60,743 nucleotides of DNA. Origin: Candidatus Woesearchaeota archaeon (lineage in GTDB: Archaea; Nanobdellota; Nanobdellia; Woesearchaeales; JAGVZT01). The translations under genes were made by a program, and so were the position numbers. A model generated the notes under the pieces. The model was not told the origin of the DNA and did no database searches. It worked only from the letters and a program-made list of their open reading frames with translations. This document shows positions 1 through 9,277 of the stretch, one piece after another (the first letter of the stretch is position 1; every line of letters starts with the position of its first letter). Location: contig JAGVZT010000046.1 in the NCBI GenBank assembly GCA_018302335.1, positions 1 to 60,743 on the forward strand, given 5' to 3'.

Positions 1-552
1 GAGGTGGGCAAGGTGCGTGCTCGTGAGCGTCATGGGCGATGATGCGATGAGCCTGCGATGGACGTCGAGGATCCTGAGCTCCGCAGCGCGGGTGAGCCCG
101 TACCCGCTCTTCATCTCAGCGGCGGTGGTGCCGTGGGAGAGCATCACCTGGAGGTCCGCGCGGGCCTTCCGCTCGAGAGACGCAGGGGACGCGGCAGACG
201 TCAGCCGGGCAGTACGGTGAATCCCGCCGCCTGCTTCCAGCAGCGAGCGGCTCGCACCGCGGAGCCGCGCCTCGAACTCGTCGCATCGCGTCCCGGCATG
301 CACCAGGTGGGTGTGGCAGTCCACGAAGCCAGGAAGCAGCACCTTTCCGGAGCAGTCCAGCGCAGTCGCCCGCGGGAGGAGCCGGAGTTTCCGTCGCACC
401 TCCTGCGTTGGCCCCGCCGCGACTATCCTGCCCTGGAATGCGGCGACTGCCCCATCTTCGATGACCTGCGCCTTCCGGAACGCGCGTCCGCGCAGCGGCC
501 CCGGGGGAAAGAGGACGAGCTGCCCGTGTTGCGCGAGGAAATCTGCTTCCAT
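1..552 (-). CDS. hutI: Imidazolonepropionase (amidohydrolase), 3' part runs off the window
   Basis: Manual translation from ATG 552: MEADFLAQ...LLPGFVDCHTHLVHAG...GGGIHRT...HGTTAAEMKSGYGL...ELRIL. Directly follows the cyclodeaminase stop codon. Not in the ORF track. Confidence 0.92.
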   Translation of the reverse strand, partial: MEADFLAQHGQLVLFPPGPLRGRAFRKAQVIEDGAVAAFQGRIVAAGPTQEVRRKLRLLPRATALDCSGKVLLPGFVDCHTHLVHAGTRCDEFEARLRGASRSLLEAGGGIHRTARLTSAASPASLERKARADLQVMLSHGTTAAEMKSGYGLTRAAELRILDVHRRLIASSPMTLTSTHLAHL

Positions 553-1176
553 CTACATCCGCTCGTGAACGGTACCCAGGATGAGCTTGCGCCGGGCGCT
601 GCTGCGCTCCCGGAGCGAGACTGCTCTCTTCCTGAGCTCCTCGGCCCGTGTGCTGTCGGTGATGGACTTCGCATTGATGTCTACGTTCAGCAGCGCCCCC
701 CATACCGCAGCCTCGGCGAGCAGCGCGGCGACCCCGGCGTCGCTTATCGCATTCTGGTTGCCCACCGGCGCGACGGCTTCGGCGAGCTCCAGCACGCTGA
801 AGCTCAGCTCGGCGCACTCCAGCGGCACGGACGACGCGAGGTGCAGGGCCGACTGTATCGCGGCAGTCCTAGCGGCCTTCTCCTCCTCCGTCCCCTTCGG
901 CAGGCGGTACGCGGCGAGCACCGCGGTGAACGCGCGTGCGTCCTCATCCATCAGCGCCGCGAGCCTGTCCCTGATGCGCACGGCTTCCGCGGCCGCCGGG
1001 CGCACCTTGCCCTCTGCGGCGGCGAACTTCTCCCTTCCGAGGGTGAGCTGGCACACCATGGAGACCAGGGATGCTGCGAGCGCACCCGAGAGTGCTGCCG
1101 CGCTCCCTCCGCCCGGCGCCGGGCTGTCTGACGAGAGCTCTGCGAGAAAATCGTTGACCTTCTTCGATGCCAGCAT
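553..1176 (-). CDS. Formiminotetrahydrofolate cyclodeaminase (FTCD C-terminal domain, stand-alone)
   Basis: FLAELSSDSPAPGGGSAAA, D-EDARAF, GNQNAISDAGVAA and NVDIN motifs. Confidence 0.92.
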   Translation of the reverse strand: MLASKKVNDFLAELSSDSPAPGGGSAAALSGALAASLVSMVCQLTLGREKFAAAEGKVRPAAAEAVRIRDRLAALMDEDARAFTAVLAAYRLPKGTEEEKAARTAAIQSALHLASSVPLECAELSFSVLELAEAVAPVGNQNAISDAGVAALLAEAAVWGALLNVDINAKSITDSTRAEELRKRAVSLRERSSARRKLILGTVHERM

Positions 1177-1180
1177 CCTC

Positions 1181-2155
1181 TCACCTCATGTACTCGATGA
1201 CCTTCTCCTCGGGGGCGAAGTCTCCGAGGCCAAGGAATGAGATGGCCTCTGCCACCAGCTTCCTCTCGCCTCCCTCGCCACCGGCCGCTTTCCCGGCGTC
1301 CAGCAGCGCCTTCTTCGGGACCAGCCCCACAATCTCGCTCCCGGTCACCTTGACCCCGCGGCCCTCCGCACGGACCTTCACCTCGCTGAACGCGCGATGC
1401 AGACCGGTGATGTGCATGTCCAGCAGGTTCATGGAGACCTGGGTGCTGCCGCGCGTGAGGGCGACTCCCATGGCCTGCACTGCCTGCAGGGCCCCGGGGA
1501 TGCGTTTTTTCGAGCCGTCAGCCAGCGTGATGCTCCTCCCGGAGGTGCGCACCTCGGCGGCGATGTCCTTCGCGACGTCAAGCCGCTGCGTGGCAAGGTT
1601 CACGTTGTACGCGATGAGGAAATCCCTTGCACCGACAACCACGGCGCCGGCTCTGGCGACGCGCCCGCCCCACTCCGCGGGACCTGCGTCCGGGAGCCAC
1701 TCGCCCATAGAAAGCTTCTCCCTCAGGGCCTCGTATTCCCCCTTCCGGATGTCACTCAGCAGGATGCGTCCTGGCCGCGCGCTCTTTCCGTAGAAGTACA
1801 CCGGCACCCCCAGCTCTTGGCCGATGCGCTTTCCCACCCTCCGAGACAGGGCGATGCACTGCTCCATGCTCGCCCCCTCGAGCGGCACGAAGGGGACGAC
1901 ATCCGCGGCCCCGATGCGGGGATGAGCGCCCTTATGCGAGCGCATGTCAATCTCCTCCAGCGCGCGGGAGACGAGCAGGAACGCGGACTTCTCCACGGCG
2001 CGCTCCTCACCAACAAAGGTGATGACCGTGCGGTTATAGTCAGCGTCCGGCTCCACGGCGAGCAGGCGCGCGCCCCCGTTCGCGACGGCATCGGTAATCC
2101 TCCGTATCCTTCCGGCGTCGCGGCCCTCGCTCACGTTCGGCACGCATTCAATCAT
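1181..2155 (-). CDS. ftcD: Glutamate formimidoyltransferase
   Basis: IECVPNVSEGR, DADYNRTVIT, HKGAHPRIGAADVVPFVP, GAR-FLIAYNVNL, QVSMNL, GSEIVGLVP. Confidence 0.95.
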   Translation of the reverse strand: MIECVPNVSEGRDAGRIRRITDAVANGGARLLAVEPDADYNRTVITFVGEERAVEKSAFLLVSRALEEIDMRSHKGAHPRIGAADVVPFVPLEGASMEQCIALSRRVGKRIGQELGVPVYFYGKSARPGRILLSDIRKGEYEALREKLSMGEWLPDAGPAEWGGRVARAGAVVVGARDFLIAYNVNLATQRLDVAKDIAAEVRTSGRSITLADGSKKRIPGALQAVQAMGVALTRGSTQVSMNLLDMHITGLHRAFSEVKVRAEGRGVKVTGSEIVGLVPKKALLDAGKAAGGEGGERKLVAEAISFLGLGDFAPEEKVIEYMR

Positions 2156-2162
2156 CGCAGCC

Positions 2163-2924
2163 TCAGATGACCAGATGCTCGAGCTTCTCCTTCACTGCCT
2201 TGAGCATCCCCACCACCGAATCCATCTCCAGAAGGAGGACAAGACTACCCTTGAGGGGGGTCTTGTTCTTCTGGGTCTCGTAGGTGGTGGAGAATTCTGT
2301 CAGGATGCGCAGGTACAGCGCGTTCTCTTTTCCTGCGAGAACCGAGACGGAGAGAAAGTTGGAGAGCGTCTTCCCACCTGCAGCGAGCAGCCGGAATCCC
2401 GAGGGGTCGAGCTTGAGGTCCAGCAGGGAGCCGACCGCGCTCAGGTACCGCTCGCATAGCTGCCCTCCGTTCGCGACGAGACAGCCCTGGTCTTCGTCGG
2501 CCGCGAGGCTCTTGGTCGTTCCCATCTGCTTCTTCTGCAGGACATCGGCGAGCACCAGGGCGGAACCCGCATCCCAGAGCATCATGATCTCTCCCCTCGC
2601 ATCGCCCTGGACATGGGAGAACACCAGCACCGTCTCCCCGGGAGGAATGCCATCCTTCAGGCCATCCGACATGGAGAAGAACGCCACCTTCGGCTGGCTC
2701 ACGCGGACGATGCTGCCGACGACGCGGGAGAGCTCGCCGCTCGCCCGGCCCGCGCCGATGTGGCCCACCTCGCTCAGGATGTCGCGCTGCTCCGGGACAA
2801 GGGTGCTCCCGCGCTTCACCTTTCCCCCCGCGATGAGCAGGTCAACCACCTCCGGCTCTCCCAGGATGGGACTACCCTTGGAATTCCGCTTGCGCGGCTT
2901 GGGGGAAGGCGGGCTGCGGACCAC
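2163..2924 (-). CDS. CheC-like protein with degenerate active-site motifs (start uncertain)
   Basis: QRDILSEVGHIGAGRASGELS resembles the CheC EIGNIGAG helix; V-GD-RG-I strand and YLSAVGSLL second repeat. Confidence 0.7.
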   Translation of the reverse strand: MVRSPPSPKPRKRNSKGSPILGEPEVVDLLIAGGKVKRGSTLVPEQRDILSEVGHIGAGRASGELSRVVGSIVRVSQPKVAFFSMSDGLKDGIPPGETVLVFSHVQGDARGEIMMLWDAGSALVLADVLQKKQMGTTKSLAADEDQGCLVANGGQLCERYLSAVGSLLDLKLDPSGFRLLAAGGKTLSNFLSVSVLAGKENALYLRILTEFSTTYETQKNKTPLKGSLVLLLEMDSVVGMLKAVKEKLEHLVI

Positions 2925-2996
2925 AGTCCCCTGTCCACTCCGAGGCTATTTAAAGTTTCTGTCATCCAAACGCGCGCTGCTCCTCAGGCGGCGATA

Positions 2997-3059
2997 CGGC
3001 CGCGATGCCCGGCAGGCTCTGCAATGTCTCCCGGGCATCCCGGCTCAGCACCAAGGCCA
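2997..3059 (-). repeat. Dispersed palindromic repeat, degenerate copy
   Basis: CGGCCGCGATGC end and internal GAGACA on the minus strand. Confidence 0.55.
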
Positions 3060-3127
3060 GGGTTTCCCGCACGTAGGTCACGGCTCCGCCAGAAACACAT
3101 AAATAGCGCCCCGGGCCCTTCGACGCG

Positions 3128-5659
3128 ATGCTGACCGACAAGCAGCTGAAGAAGAAGTACGAGGTCGAGTTCCGCAGGAACCCGGAAAAGTACTATCCCG
3201 CGAAGGCGATGCAGGAGCTCGGCTTCACCAGGGGGCAATGCTCGTGCGGCAGGTTCTTCTGGAGTCCGGCAAAGCAGGCTGTCTGCGGGGACCCCTCCTG
3301 CTCCGGAGGCTTCCGGTTCATCGGCGACACCCCCGCGAAGCGCAAACTGGACTACGTCGGCGTGTGGAAGTCGTTCTCCTCCATCCTGCAGAAGCGCGGC
3401 TACACCCCCATCCCGCGCTATCCGGTCGTGGCGCGGTGGAGGAGCGACATCGAGTTCGTCGAGGCGAGCATCGACGACTTCATCCCCTATGTCATCAACG
3501 GCGAGGTACAGCCGCCCGCGAACCCGCTGACGGTGCCGCAGTTCTGCCTGCGCTTCAATGACGTCGACAATGTCGGCATCACGGGCGCGCACTACACGGG
3601 CTTCGTGATGATGGGCCAGCACCGCTTCCATCCGCCTGCGGAATACCGGCCGGACGACTATCTCCTGGACCTGTACAGCTGGCTCAGCGAGGGGATGGGG
3701 CTGGACAAGTCCGAGCTGACCCTCCACGAGGATGTCTGGGCCGGGAGCGGCAATTTCGGCCCCTGCGTCGAGTTCTTCTCCCGGGGGCTGGAGATTGCGA
3801 ACCAGGTCTACATGCAGTTCCGCCAGACCGAGAGCGGATATGAAGACCTGAGGCTCAAGGTGCTGGACATGGGGCAGGGCCAGGAGCGCGCCGCGTGGTT
3901 CTGCCAGGGGAAGAGCACCAGCTTTGAAACCACCTTTCCCACGGTCACGGAGAAACTCTACCGACGCACAGGAATCTCCCCGGAGCCGGAGCTCATCGCG
4001 CGCTTCCTCCCCTATGCGAGCTATCTCAACGTGGACGAGGTCAGCGACATCGAGAAGGCATGGAAAGGCGTCGCTGAGAAGGTGGGTGTCCCGGTGCGGG
4101 AGTTGCGGGAGACCATCCTGCCGCTTGCAGCCATCTATTCCATCGCGGAGCATTCGCGTTCCCTGCTCATCGCGCTCTCGGACAGCGGGCTGCCCTCGAA
4201 TGTCGGAGGCGGGTACAACCTGCGCGCCATCCTGCGTCGCGCGTTGAGCTTCATCCAGCAATACAAGTGGGACATTGACCTCGCCGAGGTCTGCGCGTGG
4301 CACGCGCAGTACCTCAAGCCGATGTATCCCGAGCTCGCGCCCAGGCTGGACCAGGTGCGCGCCATCCTCGAGGTGGAGAAGGAGCGATTCGCAGCGACCA
4401 GGGAGAAGAGCCGCGCGATGGTGCAGCGCCTGGTGCAGTCCGATGTCCGCGAGGAGAAGCTCCTCGAGCTCTACGACAGCCACGGCATCTCCCCAGAGAT
4501 GGTACGCGATGCCGCGCGGGAACTCGGGCGCGACGTGGCGGTGCCGGACAACTTCTACGCGAAGGTCGCGGCGCTGCACGAGGAGCGGGAGCAGGCGCAC
4601 GCCACCCACAAGGAGCGCGAGATGTACCTGACCGAGGTGCCCGAGAGCGAGGCGCTCTACTTCGAGGATTATGCGAAGACGTCCTTTGTCGGCAAGGTCG
4701 CATCGGCCGCAGGCCCGCAGGTTGTGCTGGAGAAGACGTACTTCTATCCCACCAGCGGAGGCCAGGTCAACGACACCGGCTCCATGGAGGGCATCCGTGT
4801 CGTCGACGTGTTCAAGCACGGCAACGCCGTGGTGCACCAGCTGGAGCGCGACGCGCCGTTCGCGCGCGGCGCGAGCGTGCGCTGCGAGATAGACCGCGAA
4901 CGGCGTGTACAGCTCGCCAAGCATCATACGGCAACGCACATCCTGAACGCCGCCGCGCGCCGCGTGCTGGGAGCGCATGTCAACCAGGCCGGCGCGAAGA
5001 AGGCCCCCGACAAGGCGCACCTCGACCTCACCCACTACCAGAACCTCTCTCCCGAGGAAGTCGCTGCCATCGAGCAGGAGGCGAACGCCATCGTCCGCGC
5101 GGCGATACCGGTCGAAAGCTCCTTCCTCGGCCGCGATGTCGCGGAGAAGCGCTTCGGGATGGGCATCTACCAGGGAGGGGCGGTGCCGGGCAAGCGGCTC
5201 CGCATCGTGAATATCGTCGATACCGACGTCGAGGCCTGCGGTGGTACGCACCTCAAGAACACCTCGGAAGCGGGGACGATCCGCATCATCAAGTCCAAGA
5301 AGATCCAGGACGGCATCGTCCGCCTGTACTTCACAGCCGGAGCCGCTGCGCAGCGCACCGAGGGGGAACAGGAGGGGCTTCTGGAGCAGACCGCGGCGCT
5401 CCTCGGCGTCGCGCCGGACCAGTGCCCGGCCCGCTGCGAGGAGCTTTTCACCACATGGAAGCGCATCCGGAAAGCGCTGAAGAAGACGCCGCCTCCGGAC
5501 GCGAAGGAATTCGAGCTGGTCTCTCCTACGCGGTACGTCGGCGATGCCCTGCAGCGCTGCGCGGAGATATTCTCCACGCAGCCCGAGCACGTCCCGAAGA
5601 CCGCGAAACGCTTCCTGGATGAGCTGCGCCGCTTCCGCGAGGAGCTCGCTGCGCGGTGA
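3128..5659 (+). CDS. alaS: Alanine--tRNA ligase, archaeal type
   Basis: RYPVVARWR, VQPPANPL, QFCLRFND, GPCVE...GLEIANQV, LYDSHGI, editing motifs HTATH and YQGG..CGGTH. Confidence 0.97.
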   Translation: MLTDKQLKKKYEVEFRRNPEKYYPAKAMQELGFTRGQCSCGRFFWSPAKQAVCGDPSCSGGFRFIGDTPAKRKLDYVGVWKSFSSILQKRGYTPIPRYPVVARWRSDIEFVEASIDDFIPYVINGEVQPPANPLTVPQFCLRFNDVDNVGITGAHYTGFVMMGQHRFHPPAEYRPDDYLLDLYSWLSEGMGLDKSELTLHEDVWAGSGNFGPCVEFFSRGLEIANQVYMQFRQTESGYEDLRLKVLDMGQGQERAAWFCQGKSTSFETTFPTVTEKLYRRTGISPEPELIARFLPYASYLNVDEVSDIEKAWKGVAEKVGVPVRELRETILPLAAIYSIAEHSRSLLIALSDSGLPSNVGGGYNLRAILRRALSFIQQYKWDIDLAEVCAWHAQYLKPMYPELAPRLDQVRAILEVEKERFAATREKSRAMVQRLVQSDVREEKLLELYDSHGISPEMVRDAARELGRDVAVPDNFYAKVAALHEEREQAHATHKEREMYLTEVPESEALYFEDYAKTSFVGKVASAAGPQVVLEKTYFYPTSGGQVNDTGSMEGIRVVDVFKHGNAVVHQLERDAPFARGASVRCEIDRERRVQLAKHHTATHILNAAARRVLGAHVNQAGAKKAPDKAHLDLTHYQNLSPEEVAAIEQEANAIVRAAIPVESSFLGRDVAEKRFGMGIYQGGAVPGKRLRIVNIVDTDVEACGGTHLKNTSEAGTIRIIKSKKIQDGIVRLYFTAGAAAQRTEGEQEGLLEQTAALLGVAPDQCPARCEELFTTWKRIRKALKKTPPPDAKEFELVSPTRYVGDALQRCAEIFSTQPEHVPKTAKRFLDELRRFREELAAR

Positions 5660-5665
5660 GCGGCA

Positions 5666-5732
5666 CGGCCGCATTGCGGAGAATGCGCGGCATTCTTGCG
5701 GGACATCCTGGAACTCACGGGGATTCCGGCCG
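5666..5732 (+). repeat. Dispersed palindromic repeat copy
   Basis: CGGCCGCATTGCGGAGAAT...GCGGGACA..GGAAC...CGGCCG, just after the alaS stop. Confidence 0.75.
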
Positions 5733-5782
5733 GGGCCAGGAGACACGAAGCGGCCGGAGTCTGGAAGATTTCTGCGACGCCT

Positions 5783-7771
5783 TCACTCATGCGGTGCGCA
5801 GGCGGCACTCTTGGTCCCATCGGCACAGCAGCCGCAGTCGTCAGCGTCAGAAGTGTTCGCCCTAGTTTCCGACTTTTCTTCCCCGAAGAGACTCAGGCCA
5901 TTGAGCACCACCGCGACCGTGACCCCGACATCCGCAAAAATCGCCAGTGCGAGATTTGCATGGCCAGCGAGGGCCAAGGCCAGGACAGCCGCCTTGGACA
6001 CGGCCGCAAGGATGATATTGCTCCTGACCGTCCGCACCGTGCGCCGGCCCAGCCGTATGCCGTCGGCGATGAGCTGAAGCCTGTCGTTCATGATGACGAC
6101 ATCCGCGGTCTCGATGGCGGTGTCGGAACCCGCGGCACCCATCGCGATGCCCACGGATGCGCTCGCCAGGGCAGGGGTGTCGTTCACCCCATCGCCGACC
6201 ATGGCGACATGACGGTATCTCTCATGAAGCGCCCGCACCCTCTCGACCTTCTCCTCCGGGAGAAGCGACCCCGTATATTCGTCGATGCCCAGAAGGTCGG
6301 CGACCCTCTTCACTGCCTCCTGATTGTCCCCGGACAGGACCACGGTATGCAGACCCTCGGCCGCTAGGAACCGCACGAGCTCTTTGCTTTCCGGCCTGAT
6401 GTTGTCCGAGAAGGCGATGAGGCCTTTCACCCTCTTCGCGTCCGAGGCGACGATGACTGTTTTCCCCGCCTTCTCGAGACCCATGATTTTTTTCACCACG
6501 TCCTCAGGGACCAGATGCTCCTCTGCGATGAACTCCAGGTTGCCGACGCAGTGGTGGGTATCAAAGCAGACGGCGCACGTCCCCATCAGGCCCTTCCCCT
6601 TGTGGAACGTCACGTTCTCGAACCGGTGAGCAGGGATTCCCCCCTCTGCCGCCTTCCGCCGTATGCCTTTTGCGAGGGGATGCTCGGAATACTCCTCGCT
6701 GCCTGCAACGCATGCCAGGAGCTCTTCCTCGCTGACCCCATTCAAGGGCACGATGTCCGTTATTGCAAAGTCGCCCGTGGTGAGGGTGCGTGTCTTGTCC
6801 AAGGCAACCGCCTTCACGCGGCCCAGCTCCTCGACGTACCTTCCGCCCTTGATGAGCATCCCCTTGCGGGAGGCGTTGCCCATCGCGGAGAAGACTGCCA
6901 CGGGGGTCGAAAGCACCAGTGCGCAGGGGCACGCGATGACGAGCAGGGTCAGCGCGCTCTCCAGCCAGACAGCGAACGGCAGCCCGAGAACAAGCACCGG
7001 AACGGCGACGAGCAGCATCGCCAGGAGCATGACCGCAGGAGTGTAGTACCTGGCGAAGCGCTCGATGAATTGCTGGGCCGTGGACTTGTCCCGCAGGGCC
7101 TGCTCGGTCAATTGCAGAATCTTGGCATAGGTGCTGTCAGATGCGGCCCTGCTCACTCTGATTTCCAGAAAACCGTCTCCGTTCAGCGTCCCGCCGTAGA
7201 CGTCATCTCCGACGGTCTTGTCAGCAGGCATGGATTCTCCTGTGATTGCCGATTCGTCCACGAATGACCTGCCCGCGAGCACCGACCCGTCGAGGGGGAC
7301 CATCTCGCCTGGTTTCACCACGACGACCATCCCGGCCCGCACCTGAGCGATTGCCACCTGCGAATCGCTCCGCTCAACCCTCACCGTTGCGACCTCCGGC
7401 TTGCTCTTCAGGAGGTTCTGGAGACTGCTCCTGCTCTTCTGGTGGCCGAAGCGCTCAAGGTAATTGCCGATGGAGAAGAGGATGACGATGATGGCTGCCT
7501 CCTCGAATTCCCGGAGAAAGAGCGCTCCGATGATTGCCACCGTCATCAGCAGGTTGATATCCGAAAAACGGCGCTGCAGGAGGCTCTTCGCGCCCTTCGC
7601 CAGGGTGTCACGGCCGACCAGAAGGATGATGAAGAGAAAGAGGGGCAATTCGACGACAAGGGGAAGATGCATGGAGAAGAATGACAGTGCCTCGAAGGGC
7701 GCCACGAGAAGAAGGAGCAGGACCAACTTCCTGAATGTTGGCTCCCGGAGCAGTTCTGCATACATGGGCAC
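5783..7771 (-). CDS. P1B-type heavy-metal ATPase (ZntA/CadA-like, P1B-2 signature)
   Basis: TGES, CPC, DKTRTLT (variant), SEHPLA, GDGVND, M7 Lys and M8 DVG; Cys-rich C-terminal tail. Confidence 0.92.
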   Translation of the reverse strand: MPMYAELLREPTFRKLVLLLLLVAPFEALSFFSMHLPLVVELPLFLFIILLVGRDTLAKGAKSLLQRRFSDINLLMTVAIIGALFLREFEEAAIIVILFSIGNYLERFGHQKSRSSLQNLLKSKPEVATVRVERSDSQVAIAQVRAGMVVVVKPGEMVPLDGSVLAGRSFVDESAITGESMPADKTVGDDVYGGTLNGDGFLEIRVSRAASDSTYAKILQLTEQALRDKSTAQQFIERFARYYTPAVMLLAMLLVAVPVLVLGLPFAVWLESALTLLVIACPCALVLSTPVAVFSAMGNASRKGMLIKGGRYVEELGRVKAVALDKTRTLTTGDFAITDIVPLNGVSEEELLACVAGSEEYSEHPLAKGIRRKAAEGGIPAHRFENVTFHKGKGLMGTCAVCFDTHHCVGNLEFIAEEHLVPEDVVKKIMGLEKAGKTVIVASDAKRVKGLIAFSDNIRPESKELVRFLAAEGLHTVVLSGDNQEAVKRVADLLGIDEYTGSLLPEEKVERVRALHERYRHVAMVGDGVNDTPALASASVGIAMGAAGSDTAIETADVVIMNDRLQLIADGIRLGRRTVRTVRSNIILAAVSKAAVLALALAGHANLALAIFADVGVTVAVVLNGLSLFGEEKSETRANTSDADDCGCCADGTKSAACAPHE

Positions 7772-7860
7772 AGGGGAGGGCGTACAGTTAAGTGTTTTGT
7801 CCTTACGGCATGCAGCGGCGTGGGGAAAACTTCTTAAAGCGCCATCCCCGGGAGAGTGCT

Positions 7861-8145
7861 ATGCCGAACGCGCAGGTCCAGGAGTTCATCGAGCGCGAGA
7901 TGGCCGCAGGAAAGCCACGCGCGAGCATCAAGACCGCGCTGCTCCAGAGAGGCTGGCCCGAGCCGGCCGTGGACCAGGCCCTGAACCTCCTCGGCGCGCA
8001 CCATCAGCCGAAGAAGCACCAGCAGAGGCTCCCCCCGTCGGAGAAGAGCCCGGGGCTGCGCACCACCATCATGCTCGCGCTGCTGCTCGCGCTCATCCTG
8101 GGGGCCGCCCTCTATTACCTGTTCTTCCGGCTGCTCATGCGTTAG
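7861..8145 (+). CDS. Small membrane-anchored hypothetical protein
   Basis: MPNAQVQEFIERE...LLQRGWPEPAVDQAL helical domain plus C-terminal TM helix; TTAAA box upstream. Confidence 0.75.
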   Translation: MPNAQVQEFIEREMAAGKPRASIKTALLQRGWPEPAVDQALNLLGAHHQPKKHQQRLPPSEKSPGLRTTIMLALLLALILGAALYYLFFRLLMR

Positions 8146-8179
8146 GTTCTGCAGGCTCTGTGGAAACCCTCAGATTCTT

Positions 8180-8243
8180 CGGCCGCACTGCGGAGAATAT
8201 CCGGCCTGCGAGACACCCCGGAACGCATGCGGCAATGCGGCCG
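8180..8243 (+). repeat. Dispersed palindromic repeat copy (closest to consensus)
   Basis: CGGCCGCACTGCGGAGAATATCCGG..GCGAGACA..CCGGAAC..GCGGCAATGCGGCCG, between convergent genes. Confidence 0.8.
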
Positions 8244-8266
8244 AACGGCGGTGCTGATTCTCGTCG

Positions 8267-9205
8267 TCAGCGGTAGAAGTTGCGCTCCCAGCGGTGCCGC
8301 GCAAGTTTCGAAAGCTCCTCCTTGCTCAGGGAACCCTTCGCCGCAGCGACATTCTCGCTCACGTGCGACGCGGTGCGCATCCCCGGAATCACCGTGCTGA
8401 CCGCAGGATGGGCGAGGCAGAACTGCAGCGACGCCTGCGCAAGGCTCCGCCCGGGCCTCTCCAGCCATCGCAGCGCCTCGACCTTTTTCACGACCTCCGG
8501 CATCCGCTCCGGGGTGAAGTAGTTCCTGCGCCAATCGGAGAAACGCGTCCTCTCGCTGAAGACCCCGGTGAGAGAGCCCTCGTCGAAAGGGCACCGCGCG
8601 AGGATGCCGACGCCGTGCTTCTTCGCAGCGGCGAGCAGCCGGTCGACGGGAGACTGGTCGAAGATGTTGTAGATGACCTGCAGGGCGTCAATCTTGCCGC
8701 TCTCGGCGAGGCGCACCGCGCTCTCCGGCTGATGGTCGTTCACGCTGATTCCGAAGTGGCGCACGATGCCCGCGTCGCGGAGTTCCGCAAAGGCGTCAGA
8801 CCAGCTGCCTTCCAGCCACTGCTCATGCCAGACATGGAGCTGCAGCAGGTCGATGGGTCGCTGGAGATTCTCATGGCTCTTCTTCGCGTAGGAGAGGATA
8901 TGCCTCTTGGGAAAGACTTTCTCCGGGTCGGGATTGCCTGCAGGCCATTGCCAGTCCATCGGGGGGACCTTGGTGGCGACGACCGCATCGTCCGGAAGCT
9001 CCTCCCCGAGGAGGCGCTCGCTGTGCCCGTCGCCGTAGACCCACGCGGTGTCGAAGAAGTTCACCCCGAGCTTCAAAGCGGCGCGGACCGCCTCGCGGCT
9101 CTTCTCGTCGTCGACAGGGCCCCACATCGCGCCACCGATGCCCCATGCGCCGAATCCGATGGAGGAGACTTTCAGGCCGGTCTTTCCCAGGGTGCGATGT
9201 TCCAT
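8267..9205 (-). CDS. Aldo/keto reductase
   Basis: RTLGKTGLKVSSIGFGAW, FFDTAWVYGDGHSE, ATK, DLLQLH, QVIYNIFD, VSTVIPG. Confidence 0.95.
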   Translation of the reverse strand: MEHRTLGKTGLKVSSIGFGAWGIGGAMWGPVDDEKSREAVRAALKLGVNFFDTAWVYGDGHSERLLGEELPDDAVVATKVPPMDWQWPAGNPDPEKVFPKRHILSYAKKSHENLQRPIDLLQLHVWHEQWLEGSWSDAFAELRDAGIVRHFGISVNDHQPESAVRLAESGKIDALQVIYNIFDQSPVDRLLAAAKKHGVGILARCPFDEGSLTGVFSERTRFSDWRRNYFTPERMPEVVKKVEALRWLERPGRSLAQASLQFCLAHPAVSTVIPGMRTASHVSENVAAAKGSLSKEELSKLARHRWERNFYR

Positions 9206-9277
9206 GCCGCGACGTACCGGACGCATTTTATAAGCCTATCCGCAACGCTTTTAAGACCGCCTGGCATCACGCGGGAC

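Noticed and set aside
2984-5746. 920-aa minus-strand ORF and similar long antisense ORFs (12350-14815, 23980-25866, 20590-22038, 44556-46481)
   Set aside because: They are shadows of well-supported genes in high-GC DNA with no recognisable motifs. Only the last 18 codons of 44556-46481 are kept, as a candidate peptide.
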